Source of the DNA: Pseudomonadota bacterium
Lineage (GTDB): Bacteria; Pseudomonadota; Gammaproteobacteria; Pseudomonadales; Halieaceae
Reading direction: 5' to 3'
DNA length: 60,528 bases
Assembly: GCA_039024595.1 (NCBI GenBank)
Contig: JBCCQO010000001.1
Coordinates: 1 to 60,528, forward strand
Shown here: positions 9,666-19,486 of the stretch, one piece after another
Numbering within the stretch: the stretch's first letter is position 1
How the letters are laid out: the number at the start of each line of letters is the position of its first letter
The notes under the pieces: model-generated
Database searches by the model: none
What the model saw: the letters and a program-made list of their open reading frames with translations, nothing else
Told to the model about the DNA's origin: nothing
Made by a program: the position numbers and the translations under genes

Positions 9666-9885
9666 AATAGATCGCTATACTGCGCTTAAGGCGTCTGCGT
9701 TATCCCGTCCAGTCGTGTTTTGGCACGCCCGCTTAGGCGCGTCTTACTGATCTCTTTCGTCAAGGGCAGGCTGGTATGCTTCTCAAACGAAGGGAATCGC
9801 TGCCACCGACTGAAACCGGCTCGCCTCAAGAGATTGGCCGGCGCAGGAGTCGCAGATGTTTTAACAATCATAAGGGGGAATACCA

Positions 9886-10302
9886 ATGAATATTGTAGAA
9901 ATGGGCGCGTCCATACTGTCGGAGAAGCTGGGAGTCGATCTGGATCCCAATGCTATCGCACCCGCGCTCAATAGTTTGCTCGCCAATGACAGTGGCGAAT
10001 TGGACCTGGCGGGTCTAGCAGGGAAAATGGCCAGCAGTGGCAACCTCGGTTCCGTCATCAGCTCCTGGCTCGGAGACGGTGCCAATGATGCGATCTCCGC
10101 AGAGAGCATCGGATCTTTGTTTGGCGACAAGCTGGGCCCGTTTGCCCAACAGCTCGGTGTCAGCTCCGACGATGCCGCTTCTGGCCTTGCCTCCGCACTG
10201 CCGGAGATCATGGATAAATCAAGCAGCGGCGGCAGCCTTCTCGAAATGGCCGGCGGCGCGAGTGGTTTGCTTTCTGCGGCGTCTTCTCTTTTTAGTAAGT
10301 GA
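9886..10302 (+). CDS. YidB/DUF937 family protein
   Basis: SSWLGDG.N..IS, LP..MDK.S..G motifs; strong AAGGGGG RBS. Confidence 0.85.
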   Translation: MNIVEMGASILSEKLGVDLDPNAIAPALNSLLANDSGELDLAGLAGKMASSGNLGSVISSWLGDGANDAISAESIGSLFGDKLGPFAQQLGVSSDDAASGLASALPEIMDKSSSGGSLLEMAGGASGLLSAASSLFSK

Positions 10303-10337
10303 CGTTCTGACGATTTCAACAAGTGACGTTCTGACGA
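10297..10337 (+). repeat. 17-bp direct repeat AAGTGACGTTCTGACGA x2 (period 24)
   Basis: Copies at 10297-10313 and 10321-10337; the first overlaps the yidB stop codon. Confidence 0.9.
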
Positions 10338-10374
10338 CTACCGCGCACCATCGCCGCTGGATAGCGCCGGCGTC

Positions 10375-11289
10375 TTGAGTGCGAAGGGTAAGGTTTGTCG
10401 CATAGGTGTAGTCAGTGACGGCAAACCGGGACATGTAAATCAAAGCCTTGGTCTGGCCGAGGCGCTACAGCGCCTCTGCCGCGATCTGTACATAACCCGG
10501 ATACCAGCTATGTCCGCCGGCCAGGCGCTTGCGCGGGCACTTGTCCGTCGTTCGAGTGGTGCTGAGTCGGGAGTCTCTCTGCTCCTCGGAGCCGGTCATA
10601 GAACGCACGCCAGTCTGTTGGCGCTTCGGCGAATTCATAGCTGTCCGGCCGTGGTCCTGATGTCGCCAAGTCTCCCCGGGAGCTTCTTTGATCTTGTTAT
10701 CGCCCCCCGCCACGACGGCGGCTGTGAGACGGATAGATTCTGGTTTACGGACGGGCCAATAAATCGAATCCGGCCTGCAAAGAAACGACCGGGTTTGGGG
10801 CTTATGTTGGTTGGTGGACCTTCGCCTCACTTCGATTGGCGCACAAACGAACTCGTCGAGCAGATAGCGAAACTGTGCGATGGAACCATCCAGTGGGAAC
10901 TAAGCACCTCCAGAAGAACACCGCCAGATTTTCTGCGGATACTGGACTCTCTTCACCTGCCTGGACTTGACGCCCGATCGCCAGAACAGCGGCCAGAGGA
11001 TTGGTTGCCTTCGGTATTACCCGGCGCCGAAACCTGCTGGGTTAGCCCTGATAGCGTATCGATGGTCTATGAAGCCCTGAGCTCCGGGGCCGCAGTTGGG
11101 ATCTTCGATCTTCCACCAGTTACCGGAAGTCGTGTCGCCGAATCTATGGCAGATCTGGTTTGTCGAGGTTTGCTGGCAAGCAGCTCTCAGGCCACAACTC
11201 CTGGGGCGCTGGCGCCGTCCGAGCAGGTGTTTTCGGAGGCTGATCGAATCGCCCGGAAGATCGTCGATCTTGGATGGCTTGAATGCTGA
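10375..11289 (+). CDS. ELM1/GtrOC1-family putative glycosyltransferase
   Basis: SDGKPGH.NQ..GLAEAL, GAGH.TH, P.HD, LVGGPS, STSRRTP, DSVSMVYEA motifs. Confidence 0.88.
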   Translation: MSAKGKVCRIGVVSDGKPGHVNQSLGLAEALQRLCRDLYITRIPAMSAGQALARALVRRSSGAESGVSLLLGAGHRTHASLLALRRIHSCPAVVLMSPSLPGSFFDLVIAPRHDGGCETDRFWFTDGPINRIRPAKKRPGLGLMLVGGPSPHFDWRTNELVEQIAKLCDGTIQWELSTSRRTPPDFLRILDSLHLPGLDARSPEQRPEDWLPSVLPGAETCWVSPDSVSMVYEALSSGAAVGIFDLPPVTGSRVAESMADLVCRGLLASSSQATTPGALAPSEQVFSEADRIARKIVDLGWLEC

Positions 11290-12113
11290 TCGAAGCATTC
11301 GTTCTGCTTATCGCACTGTTTGCGATGTGGAAGCTGTATCTGTTTTTCGGCTCTCGCCAACTGACTCAAGTTCCCTACTCGCATCCCCGAATCCTCATGT
11401 ATCACATGATTCGCACTCCCATCGACGGCGCGACGTTCAACAAACTTCGCGTGCATCCCGAGCAGTTCGAAGCGCAGATTCGCTGGCTTGCAGAAGATGG
11501 CTGGTATTTTGCCACCATGGAGGAGATCGCTCGCATAATCGGTGGGAGTGGCGATAGTCTTCCCGACAAATCAGTCGTTATCACCTTCGATGACGGCTAC
11601 GAAGACAACCTGATGAACGCCGACCCCATTCTTGAACGCCATGGTGCGCGCGCCACGCTCTATCTGGTGTCTGATCGCTTTGACCGAGACTGGTCAACGT
11701 CTAAGAAGGCCCACCACGACAGCGGTGAACTCATGCGAGAGCGCAAGCTCAGCGACGAACAGGTACATCAAATGCTCAAGTCCGGGCGCTGGGAGTTGGG
11801 AGGTCACACGGTCACGCATGCCAATCTGGAGGCCATTGATGATGAGCAACGCGACATTGAGATCAGGCAACAACGGCCGAAGCTCGTCGATCAGTTCGAC
11901 ACTGTGATTACCAGCTTTGCCTATCCTTTCGGAATCTATGGCCCCCAGGATGTGCAGGTAGTGAAGAGCAGTGGGTACCAGACTGCTGTAACCACCGTCG
12001 AGGGTATTCCTCGTGATCTTGCTCGCGAAGCTCTTGAACTACGGCGAGTCAAAGTGAGCGGCAAAGACTCGTTGGCGACCTTTAAACGTCGCCTTGCCAT
12101 CGGTCGTAAATAG
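11283..12113 (+). CDS. Polysaccharide deacetylase (NodB/CE4), membrane anchored
   Basis: ILMYH, ITFDDGY, GGHT.TH, FAYPFG motifs; overlaps the upstream gene. Confidence 0.92.
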   Translation: MLIEAFVLLIALFAMWKLYLFFGSRQLTQVPYSHPRILMYHMIRTPIDGATFNKLRVHPEQFEAQIRWLAEDGWYFATMEEIARIIGGSGDSLPDKSVVITFDDGYEDNLMNADPILERHGARATLYLVSDRFDRDWSTSKKAHHDSGELMRERKLSDEQVHQMLKSGRWELGGHTVTHANLEAIDDEQRDIEIRQQRPKLVDQFDTVITSFAYPFGIYGPQDVQVVKSSGYQTAVTTVEGIPRDLAREALELRRVKVSGKDSLATFKRRLAIGRK

Positions 12114-12182
12114 TACCCGCATGAATCGCGTATCGAGTTCAAGTCAAGGCTGCGCCGCGAGGCAGGTATCCACCGGAGGACT

Positions 12183-13082
12183 TCAGATTGCGAGGTCGAC
12201 GGGCGGTTTCTTTTTCCAGCGACGGTTGGTCCAAAGGTACGTCTCGGGTTGCTCAGCAATACAGCGCTCGGCCGTAGCGATATATTGGTCAAGCAGTTTC
12301 ACGCCGGATGTATCATCCTTGGCGGGGATCGCCAGTGAGTGCAGCACGATTTCGTAGTGTCCCCGTTGCTCGTGCGGATTTGCCTTTATGCATTGGGCGA
12401 AAAGAACCGGGAACTTGAAACCCTCAGCGAGTTTTTCTGGTCCGCGGTAAAAGCTGGCGGGACGATTCAAAAAGTCCGCCCAGTAGCCGCCTTTTCGGGG
12501 CCCCGCCTGATCTGCCAGCATCACAATTAGTCTCTTTTTGTCCCGGCCGCGAATAACCTCTTTTGCGACTCGATTCAGCGCCAGCGGCGTCGCTCCAAAA
12601 CGCGAGCGGGACGACAGCATGTAGTCCTCCCAAAACTGGCTGTGGAGTTTCTTGTAGACCGGATCGACGGACAGCGGGAGCTGAGCCATCGCACTGTGCA
12701 ACATCCACTCCCAGTTTCCCTGGTGTATGAGTAGAACTAGCGCCTGTTGCTGATAATGGTTGGTGACCTTTTCCAGCAATTCTAGATTCCTGAAGGTCAC
12801 TCGTCTGCGGAACTCCGCCTTGTTGATGAATCCCGAACGGATGATCTCGATCAGCAAATCGGTCAGGTGTCGATACGAAGAACGTTCAATACGATGCCTT
12901 TCCTGGGCGGTGCGATTGGGAAACGCGTAGGCCAGATTCTCGGCTACAGTGCGTCGCCGATAGCGCACGACATAGTAGGTCAGAACGAAGAGCAGATCCG
13001 CCAGTCGGTAGGACGCCCAGACAGGCATCGAGCCGACGGTGCGGAGTAAAGCTGTGAGCAAGCGCTCCTTGAGTTGCTTCAC
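12183..13082 (-). CDS. Lipid A late (lauroyl/myristoyl) acyltransferase family
   Basis: N-terminal membrane anchor, NL..AFP, HQGNWE catalytic dyad, LADQ, PE.YLW..RRWK. Confidence 0.9.
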   Translation of the reverse strand: MKQLKERLLTALLRTVGSMPVWASYRLADLLFVLTYYVVRYRRRTVAENLAYAFPNRTAQERHRIERSSYRHLTDLLIEIIRSGFINKAEFRRRVTFRNLELLEKVTNHYQQQALVLLIHQGNWEWMLHSAMAQLPLSVDPVYKKLHSQFWEDYMLSSRSRFGATPLALNRVAKEVIRGRDKKRLIVMLADQAGPRKGGYWADFLNRPASFYRGPEKLAEGFKFPVLFAQCIKANPHEQRGHYEIVLHSLAIPAKDDTSGVKLLDQYIATAERCIAEQPETYLWTNRRWKKKPPVDLAI

Positions 13083-13109
13083 GAGCTAGGTAAGCGCGCT
13101 TGCTCGCGC

Positions 13110-13997
13110 TTACCTGACATTCGGCGGTCGCAGCAGTAGCCGCGAAGTCTGAGCCCGGTACTGTTGATATTCGGGGTCCTCACCCCAGCGCTTCTTCGCG
13201 TGCGCTTCAAGCATGGGAATACCGCTGACCCGGGTGAGCAGTAAGAACACAAACAGCGGAGAAACAAGGGTGAGCATTTGCCAGCCTTGCAGAGCCGGAA
13301 AAGCAATTATGGCGATACCGCTCCAGAGAACGATCTCTCCAAAGTAATTTGGATGTCGGCTCCAGGACCAGAGCCCACCTCGAATGAATGCGCCGCTGTT
13401 CGCCGGATCTTTCCGGAACTCACGCTTTTGCCGGTCAGCGGTAACCTCTATCGCGAAGCCACCCAGCCAGATCACTGCGCCTGCGAAGGTAAACAGGTTG
13501 AACTCCCGATCACCAGCGGAGGTCATCGCTGCCAGTGCTGCGCCGGCGGTCAGAAGCACCCAGAGTCCCTGGAGTGTCCATGTCATCAGAAACCGGAAGA
13601 AAAACGGCTTGATGCGATCGAAGCGACGGTCTGAGCCGGCGTCTCTGATTCTCAGGAAGAGAAAGCTACCGAGGCGCACTGCCCAAAGACTGATAAGCAC
13701 GGCCAACAACATCGAATAGGCATCACGGCTGACCGAAAACGCAAACCAGGTGACGCTTAGATAGGTAAGTGACCCGATCAAATCGTAATAGCGTTCAGAT
13801 TGCGAGAGATAGGCTGGAATGAATGCCAGCCACTGAATGCCATAGGCAAGCACGGCAGCAATAGCGAAGGCCGGATAGGAGTTCCAGATTACGCTTGCCT
13901 GGCTCCCGGCCACGGCGAGCCCACCGCCGAGCAAAACGGCGATCAAGATCCCAAAGATAGAGCGCTGCGGCGGTGGCGTGTTGATCTTGTCGTTCAT
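13110..13997 (-). CDS. DUF1295 / steroid 5-alpha-reductase-like membrane protein
   Basis: W..RLG.FL, D.RF, E..AD.QK, GLWSWSRHPNYFGE, SGIP.LE. Confidence 0.92.
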   Translation of the reverse strand: MNDKINTPPPQRSIFGILIAVLLGGGLAVAGSQASVIWNSYPAFAIAAVLAYGIQWLAFIPAYLSQSERYYDLIGSLTYLSVTWFAFSVSRDAYSMLLAVLISLWAVRLGSFLFLRIRDAGSDRRFDRIKPFFFRFLMTWTLQGLWVLLTAGAALAAMTSAGDREFNLFTFAGAVIWLGGFAIEVTADRQKREFRKDPANSGAFIRGGLWSWSRHPNYFGEIVLWSGIAIIAFPALQGWQMLTLVSPLFVFLLLTRVSGIPMLEAHAKKRWGEDPEYQQYRAQTSRLLLRPPNVR

Positions 13998-14008
13998 AGG
14001 TGAGTCGC

Positions 14009-14866
14009 CTACTTCGCTAGCCTGCTTATACCCAGTGTTCGTGCAATCAGTTTATCGAGTGCGCGCGGTGAGGCAGCACGCATCACCGCTTTTTCAAGAA
14101 ATCGGCCTTTAACAGCTGCGTACCGTGTCTTGGGGTTTTTGATCGTGAGCGCGGTGTAAATCAGTTCCCCTATACGGCTCGCCGGATATCCCTGGTGTCC
14201 GCTTTCTATCGACAGTCTTTTGAACCGTTCGAGGATAGGAAAGTAAGGAGTGTCCGCATAGGTGTCCACATCCAGCTCGTCCGCCTTATCCCATATGGGG
14301 GTTTGCACCGGGCCGGGCCCGATGACGATTACGTCAATGCCAAACAGCAGCATCTCGCGTCGTAACGCATCTGAATAACCCTCAAGTCCGAACTTCGATG
14401 TCGCGTAGGGCCCGAGAAAGGGCATGGCTTTTTTTCCCGCCACAGAACTTATATTAATGATTCTTCCCGGCTCGCCGTGGAGCGCAGGGTCCGTCCCCAG
14501 CAGCGGCCCGAATGCCTGATTCACCAGAAATGGACCGAGCACATTGATATCCAGTTGGCGCTGAAAATCCTCCACTGGCATTTCGAGCAGCGGGCCTGCG
14601 ACGGCGACACCGGCGTTGTTGACCACGCCCGAGAGAGTTCGGCCATTAAGGGCATCACGGACCTGAGCAGCGCCGCGCTCGATCGCCGATTTATCAGTCA
14701 CGTCAAAAATGAGCGGAACAAATGCGGACCCGAAAGCATCCACCAACCGCTGAGCATCTCCTTGCTTGCGAACAGAGCCGAAAACTCGAAAATCGTGCTT
14801 GAGCAAAACTTCCGTTGTTGCGTATCCGATTCCGGTGGACACGCCAGTCACCACAACCGACTGCAT
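14009..14866 (-). CDS. Short-chain dehydrogenase/reductase
   Basis: TGVSTGIG, NNAG, YATSK. Confidence 0.93.
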   Translation of the reverse strand: MQSVVVTGVSTGIGYATTEVLLKHDFRVFGSVRKQGDAQRLVDAFGSAFVPLIFDVTDKSAIERGAAQVRDALNGRTLSGVVNNAGVAVAGPLLEMPVEDFQRQLDINVLGPFLVNQAFGPLLGTDPALHGEPGRIINISSVAGKKAMPFLGPYATSKFGLEGYSDALRREMLLFGIDVIVIGPGPVQTPIWDKADELDVDTYADTPYFPILERFKRLSIESGHQGYPASRIGELIYTALTIKNPKTRYAAVKGRFLEKAVMRAASPRALDKLIARTLGISRLAK

Positions 14867-14974
14867 AAAACCTCTCCAGAAAGTGTCAGGGGATGAGATC
14901 AGATCACCGCTGTTGGATCCACACTGTTAAGCTCTTCGGTTTGAGACCGGCCGGATCGCCTGCGCGAAGTAGTT

Positions 14975-16207
14975 TTGGCACAGATTAACGTAAACCAGCT
15001 CCGCGTGACGCTTGTGTGCTTTACGGCCTATTTTATTATGTCTAGCTCGCTCGCCCCGATCGGGATTGTGCTCTCACCCCTCGCAGAGCAGCTCGGCATC
15101 AGTACGGCTGTGGCAGCGCGACTGTTCAGTGGCTTGACGCTCGGCATTCTGCTCGGTTCAGCGCTTGCCATACCCTGGCTGAATCGTGTCGAGCTGCGAT
15201 CTACTTTCGTGCTCGTCTCCCTCATGCTCATCGCCGCACTGCTATCCCTTCGCCTCGTTTCATGCGCAGGGGCAATACGGCTCAGTCTCGGGTTTGTGGG
15301 TTTGGCATCCGGAATGGCTCTGGCTGCGGCGGCGAGCGCAATTACGGCGATGTACAGCAGTGAGCGACGAGCTTCGATGCTCGTTGTCACTGATGCATCT
15401 TTCAGCACGGCTGGTATCGTCATGTCGTTTCTGGCGACTCAGCTCGTGGGCGCCGGATGGCATTGGTCATCCACTTACTCGTTCGTCGCCGGAGTCGCAT
15501 TATTCATGCTGCTGCTGGTTTTGTTGTCCGATTTTCCCGGGTCCGCACAGGTCTCATCAAAAGTGGATGCGGCGAGGGGCATCGATTCTCGGGAGGGCGA
15601 AACGGGTAAATCCAGCCGGTGGCCAATCGCTGTCTGGCTCGCCGCTGGGGCTCTCTTTCTCTACACGCTGGGACAGTATTCGCTTTTGTGGTGGTTGCCG
15701 CTCCACCTTGAAAGCGCTTTGGACGTGCCGCGTGATGAAGCTGGCACGGTGGTCTCTTGGTTCTGGACCGGTATGTTTTTGGCTCAGCTGTTTGCTGCCT
15801 GGATGGTCCTCAGGATAGGTGTACACCGGTTGATGCTCGCAGGTGCTCTGGGAGGATTGCTGGGCACGATTCCACTGTTGTTCGCGTCTGAGTTGCATGT
15901 ACTCCTCTGGCTTGCGTTGCTGTGGGGTTTCGCCAATATGGGTTTGCTGAAAATGGTGATCGCCTTCGCCACGCTAACGATGTCGGCACCTCCACCTAAG
16001 CTCGTGCCCACGCTACTCTTTGGGGCGACCAGTGGCACCGCGATAAGCCCTCTTCTTACCAGCTGGGTGGTGGAGGGCTTCGGTTATGCCGCTGTGCTGC
16101 GGTTCGGGACACTTTGTTACTGTGTCCTTTTTGTTCTGTTGTGTATTGCCACATGGAGCAGAAAGAGAGAGCAAGTCGCGTCGCCGCGTCAGGCCTGCTC
16201 AAGCTGA
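14975..16207 (+). CDS. tsgA: MFS transporter, TsgA-like
   Basis: 12 TM segments; S.L..TD..FS.AG, Y..GQ....W.P, FWTGM..Q, PKLV..LL..AT.GT pattern of the TsgA family. Confidence 0.7.
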   Translation: MAQINVNQLRVTLVCFTAYFIMSSSLAPIGIVLSPLAEQLGISTAVAARLFSGLTLGILLGSALAIPWLNRVELRSTFVLVSLMLIAALLSLRLVSCAGAIRLSLGFVGLASGMALAAAASAITAMYSSERRASMLVVTDASFSTAGIVMSFLATQLVGAGWHWSSTYSFVAGVALFMLLLVLLSDFPGSAQVSSKVDAARGIDSREGETGKSSRWPIAVWLAAGALFLYTLGQYSLLWWLPLHLESALDVPRDEAGTVVSWFWTGMFLAQLFAAWMVLRIGVHRLMLAGALGGLLGTIPLLFASELHVLLWLALLWGFANMGLLKMVIAFATLTMSAPPPKLVPTLLFGATSGTAISPLLTSWVVEGFGYAAVLRFGTLCYCVLFVLLCIATWSRKREQVASPRQACSS

Positions 16208-16272
16208 AAAAACCAACTCCAGCTGCCGTTAACCCGATCTGCAGTTGGCCCAAGCCAAGGACCGTACAACCA

Positions 16273-17115
16273 ATGAGCGTCAGTATTGTAGATATGCACG
16301 CGGAACATGCAGACGTCGAGTTTGTCCGCTCGCTGAAGAACACGGGGTTTGCCGTACTGCGGAATTCGCCCCTCGACGCTGACCGCCTACTGCGCATGGG
16401 AGAAGCATGGAAAGCTTTCTTTTTAAGCCCCGATAAGTGGCAGTACAAGGCGACTGAGACACCATCCGGGAATACCAGCGGTTTTATCTCAACTGAAGTG
16501 TCTGAAACCGCCGTCGGACACGACCAAAAAGACCTCAAAGAGTTCTTTCACATTGTGCCTTCTACAAACATTCCTGAGGGATTGCGTGCAGACGCCCAGG
16601 CACATCTAAGTGACGCGCAGGCCCTGGGACGCACACTGCTTGGCTGGGTGGACAAACACTGCGCTGCAGACTTGGCCGAAACGCTCCGCGGAAAGCTCGC
16701 CGCGTCGCTCTCACCGGATGACAGCCTCCTGCGTATTCTGCACTACCCGCCGCTGTCGGGTGAGGTGCCAGAAGGCGCTGTACGAGCCGCCGCCCATGAG
16801 GACATTAACCTGTTGACGCTTCTGCCCGTGTCGACAGAGCCAGGACTTCAGGTGGCGCTTCGAAGTGGTGAGTGGGCGGAGGTGCCCGGGCAGTTTGGTG
16901 ACATCATCATAAACGCGGGTGACATGCTGCAGGAAGCGTCAGGAGGCGTGCTTCGGTCTACCTCACATCGCGTCGTAAATCCGATCGGCCCGTCGAGTCA
17001 GCAATCAAGAATTTCGCTGCCTTACTTTATTGCACCGTTTCTGGACTCGGTGCTTTCGGATCGTTACACAGCGGGAAGCTATCTGCATGAGCGGTTAGCG
17101 CAGCTCGCTCGCTGA
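16273..17115 (+). CDS. 2OG-Fe(II) oxygenase, isopenicillin N synthase-like family
   Basis: SL..TGF, DLKEFFH, LLRILHYPP, HEDIN (HxD), GLQV, NAGDML, ST.HRV, R.S.P.F. Start set at ATG 16273. Confidence 0.92.
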   Translation: MSVSIVDMHAEHADVEFVRSLKNTGFAVLRNSPLDADRLLRMGEAWKAFFLSPDKWQYKATETPSGNTSGFISTEVSETAVGHDQKDLKEFFHIVPSTNIPEGLRADAQAHLSDAQALGRTLLGWVDKHCAADLAETLRGKLAASLSPDDSLLRILHYPPLSGEVPEGAVRAAAHEDINLLTLLPVSTEPGLQVALRSGEWAEVPGQFGDIIINAGDMLQEASGGVLRSTSHRVVNPIGPSSQQSRISLPYFIAPFLDSVLSDRYTAGSYLHERLAQLAR

Positions 17116-18063
17116 TAGCAACGTATCGAGGTACAACTGTCTGACCGCGGGAGCATCGACCCCCACGCAGGCAGTCACCGGTTCTCGGCCCTCCCAAGCA
17201 TCAGTCTGATAGCGCGCACCGCTACGCGCCATAATCGTCTGCCCCCGGGCGATGCCCTCGGTTACAACACGGACTGGTCCCGTACAGGTCTCAAAAAGCT
17301 CCGGTTGCAGCAGATACGCGACGGCGCTGGAATCGTGGATTGGGCACTCTCGTCGGCCATAGATGCCTTCGTAAAAGTCAAAGTAGTGGCGTGTAATGCT
17401 GTGGATGAAGCGCCCGCGAGCCCCACCGCCTTCCCTGAGCTGATGGATAAATGACTCATCCATCGTTGTAAGGTGCGTGACGTCGAGGCCGACCAGAGTT
17501 GCCCTCAGACCACTGCCCAGAATCAGATCTGCTGCGCCTGGATCGCCCGCGATATTGGCCTCAGCCACCGGCGAGACGTTTCCACCCTGCTCATTGCGCA
17601 TAAAAACGCCGCCCATGAGAATCACCTCTCTAAGAAGCGTGGGCAGACGCGGCTCCAGCTGAAGGGCGATCGCAAGATTTGTAACTCGACCAACGGAAAC
17701 TATAGATAGCTCTCCCGGGTTTTCTCGCGCCAACCTCGCGATTGCCTCCGGAGCAGGTTCGAGCTCCGCCGAATACGTGGGTTCGCTCAGTTCGATGTCG
17801 CCGAGGCCATTCTGGCCATGCACGAAGTCGGGAAAATCATCATTCTCAAGCCCATTCAGACATTGCGCGCTGCCGCGAAATATCGGCGTCTGTAAGGAGA
17901 ACCTTTCGCACACGTGACACGCGTTACGCGTGGTGTTGTCTATGCTGGCATTGCCTGCGATCGTGCATATCGCTTCGAGCCGGACTCCCGGTGACGCATC
18001 AAGAAACAATAACGCCATGGCATCATCGATGCCGATATCCGTATCAAAGACAACGCGTTTCAT
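17095..18063 (-). CDS. Nucleoside hydrolase (IUNH family)
   Basis: DTDIGIDDAMA, HG.NGLG, MGG, AEANI..DP, GLDVT, HD motifs. Start ATG 18063 is coupled to the upstream stop. Confidence 0.93.
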   Translation of the reverse strand: MKRVVFDTDIGIDDAMALLFLDASPGVRLEAICTIAGNASIDNTTRNACHVCERFSLQTPIFRGSAQCLNGLENDDFPDFVHGQNGLGDIELSEPTYSAELEPAPEAIARLARENPGELSIVSVGRVTNLAIALQLEPRLPTLLREVILMGGVFMRNEQGGNVSPVAEANIAGDPGAADLILGSGLRATLVGLDVTHLTTMDESFIHQLREGGGARGRFIHSITRHYFDFYEGIYGRRECPIHDSSAVAYLLQPELFETCTGPVRVVTEGIARGQTIMARSGARYQTDAWEGREPVTACVGVDAPAVRQLYLDTLLSASELR

Positions 18064-19295
18064 CGAAGTAACCTGAACGCGCCCGCACGGCGCAGAAGCT
18101 CGGGTTTTCGAAGAGCTGGAATCAGCAGTTTGTTGAATGCTCGCAAATTTCGAGCGGTGAGCGAGCCCAGACGCGCAGGAAACCGGCGACGATCCAGTTG
18201 GGTCATTACCGCCGAGTAAATCGCTTCTTTCGCAGGTGCCAGCGCTGGGCCAGCGATCCCGACACCGCCTCCGAGCAATAAGGTGTCTACATCTCCGAAA
18301 GCGCACAGCTGGGGCTTCGCCGATGCTCGAAAATCCTCAAGCGGTTGCGCTCGTTCAAGTCGGACTATGTTTCTGGCAACGCAGCGTCCCATATCCAGTG
18401 CGTTGTAAGCCTGTTTCTTGACGAGCTGGGGCGGAGCGGCCGCATCGCCTGCTACGAAGACATTCCTGAATTCCGGGTGCAGTAGGCTCTCATCGACGGG
18501 AACCCAACGCCCGTTTGCATCAAGACCTGATTCGCGCAGCAAAGGATGAGGGGCAGCGCCCACTGTCCAAATGGTGAGATCAGAGGTGAGTTTTGTCCCG
18601 CTAGTCAACGTGGCAGACCGGGCAGCAACGCTTCGAACGGAATCTGACCAGTGTCCCGTAATCCCATGGATGTCGAACAACTCCCGCATATGTCGACTCA
18701 CGCCCCCACCGTTTTCCGGCAGTGGCTGTCCCTTGGTCTCAACAATGTGTATCTGCGCGTCGAACCCGGTCGAAAACCGGAGTACTTCACCACATGCTTC
18801 TACCCCCTCAAGACCAGCACCGACGATCACAATCGATGGCGCTCGCCGCCTCTTAGCAGTCGAAGTAAAAAGTCTCTGAAGCCGATCGTGGATCGCAGCA
18901 CATTGATTGACCGACTTGAATCCGTGGGCGTGCCTGCTAACGCCAGGAATACCGAAATCCTGATCTACACCACCAATGGCTATAACAAGATAGTCAGCGC
19001 TCAGGGGGCTACGACCGCGTAAGGACACGACGCGCTTTTGAGGATTCAGGGCGTCAACACAGCCATTAACAAAGGTGTGTCCGGCGCTGCCGAGCGCAGA
19101 ACACAAGTCAAGCCTTAGCTGCTCTTTTGTCTTTACTCCGGATACAAGTTCATGAATGTTCGGCAGGAACTCGAAGGAGGATCGTTGATCGACCAGCGTG
19201 ACGTCAAAGTGTTTCGCCGGTAAGTTGTTTGCGCAGGCTAGGCCGGCAAAGCCGCCACCGACAATGACGACTCTGGGCTTAGGAGGCTTGCTCAT
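18060..19295 (-). CDS. NAD(P)/FAD-dependent oxidoreductase (type II NADH dehydrogenase-like)
   Basis: GGGFAG, GAGLEGVE, IWT.G, VFVAGD. Confidence 0.85.
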   Translation of the reverse strand: MSKPPKPRVVIVGGGFAGLACANNLPAKHFDVTLVDQRSSFEFLPNIHELVSGVKTKEQLRLDLCSALGSAGHTFVNGCVDALNPQKRVVSLRGRSPLSADYLVIAIGGVDQDFGIPGVSRHAHGFKSVNQCAAIHDRLQRLFTSTAKRRRAPSIVIVGAGLEGVEACGEVLRFSTGFDAQIHIVETKGQPLPENGGGVSRHMRELFDIHGITGHWSDSVRSVAARSATLTSGTKLTSDLTIWTVGAAPHPLLRESGLDANGRWVPVDESLLHPEFRNVFVAGDAAAPPQLVKKQAYNALDMGRCVARNIVRLERAQPLEDFRASAKPQLCAFGDVDTLLLGGGVGIAGPALAPAKEAIYSAVMTQLDRRRFPARLGSLTARNLRAFNKLLIPALRKPELLRRAGAFRLLR

Positions 19296-19480
19296 TCATC
19301 GTCTCTACAGGTTGTCGCCTGGTACTCGCCGTGTTCGTCCTGCCACGCAGAAACAACCATCGGTTGGCAGCATACGTGGCAGTCTTCGATGTATTCGTTG
19401 TCCAGGTCGCTCGGTTCCACAAGGAGCACAAGGTGCTCACCGCAGTAAGGGCAGGAAACGCCGACTTCAGTTCTGTTCAT
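19292..19480 (-). CDS. CPXCG-motif cysteine-rich small protein
   Basis: CPYCGE ... YIEDCHVCCQP; ATGA overlap with the next gene. Confidence 0.9.
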   Translation of the reverse strand: MNRTEVGVSCPYCGEHLVLLVEPSDLDNEYIEDCHVCCQPMVVSAWQDEHGEYQATTCRDDE

Positions 19481-19486
19481 GAATGG

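Noticed and set aside
9720-9737. TGGCACG as a sigma54 promoter
   Set aside because: Lacks GC at the -12 position (GG-N10-TA).
18064-18306. N-terminal extensions in the ORF track (also 16114, 23558, 35460, 42700, 46491)
   Set aside because: They overlap neighbouring genes or precede the family N-terminus; downstream starts have RBS or coupling support.
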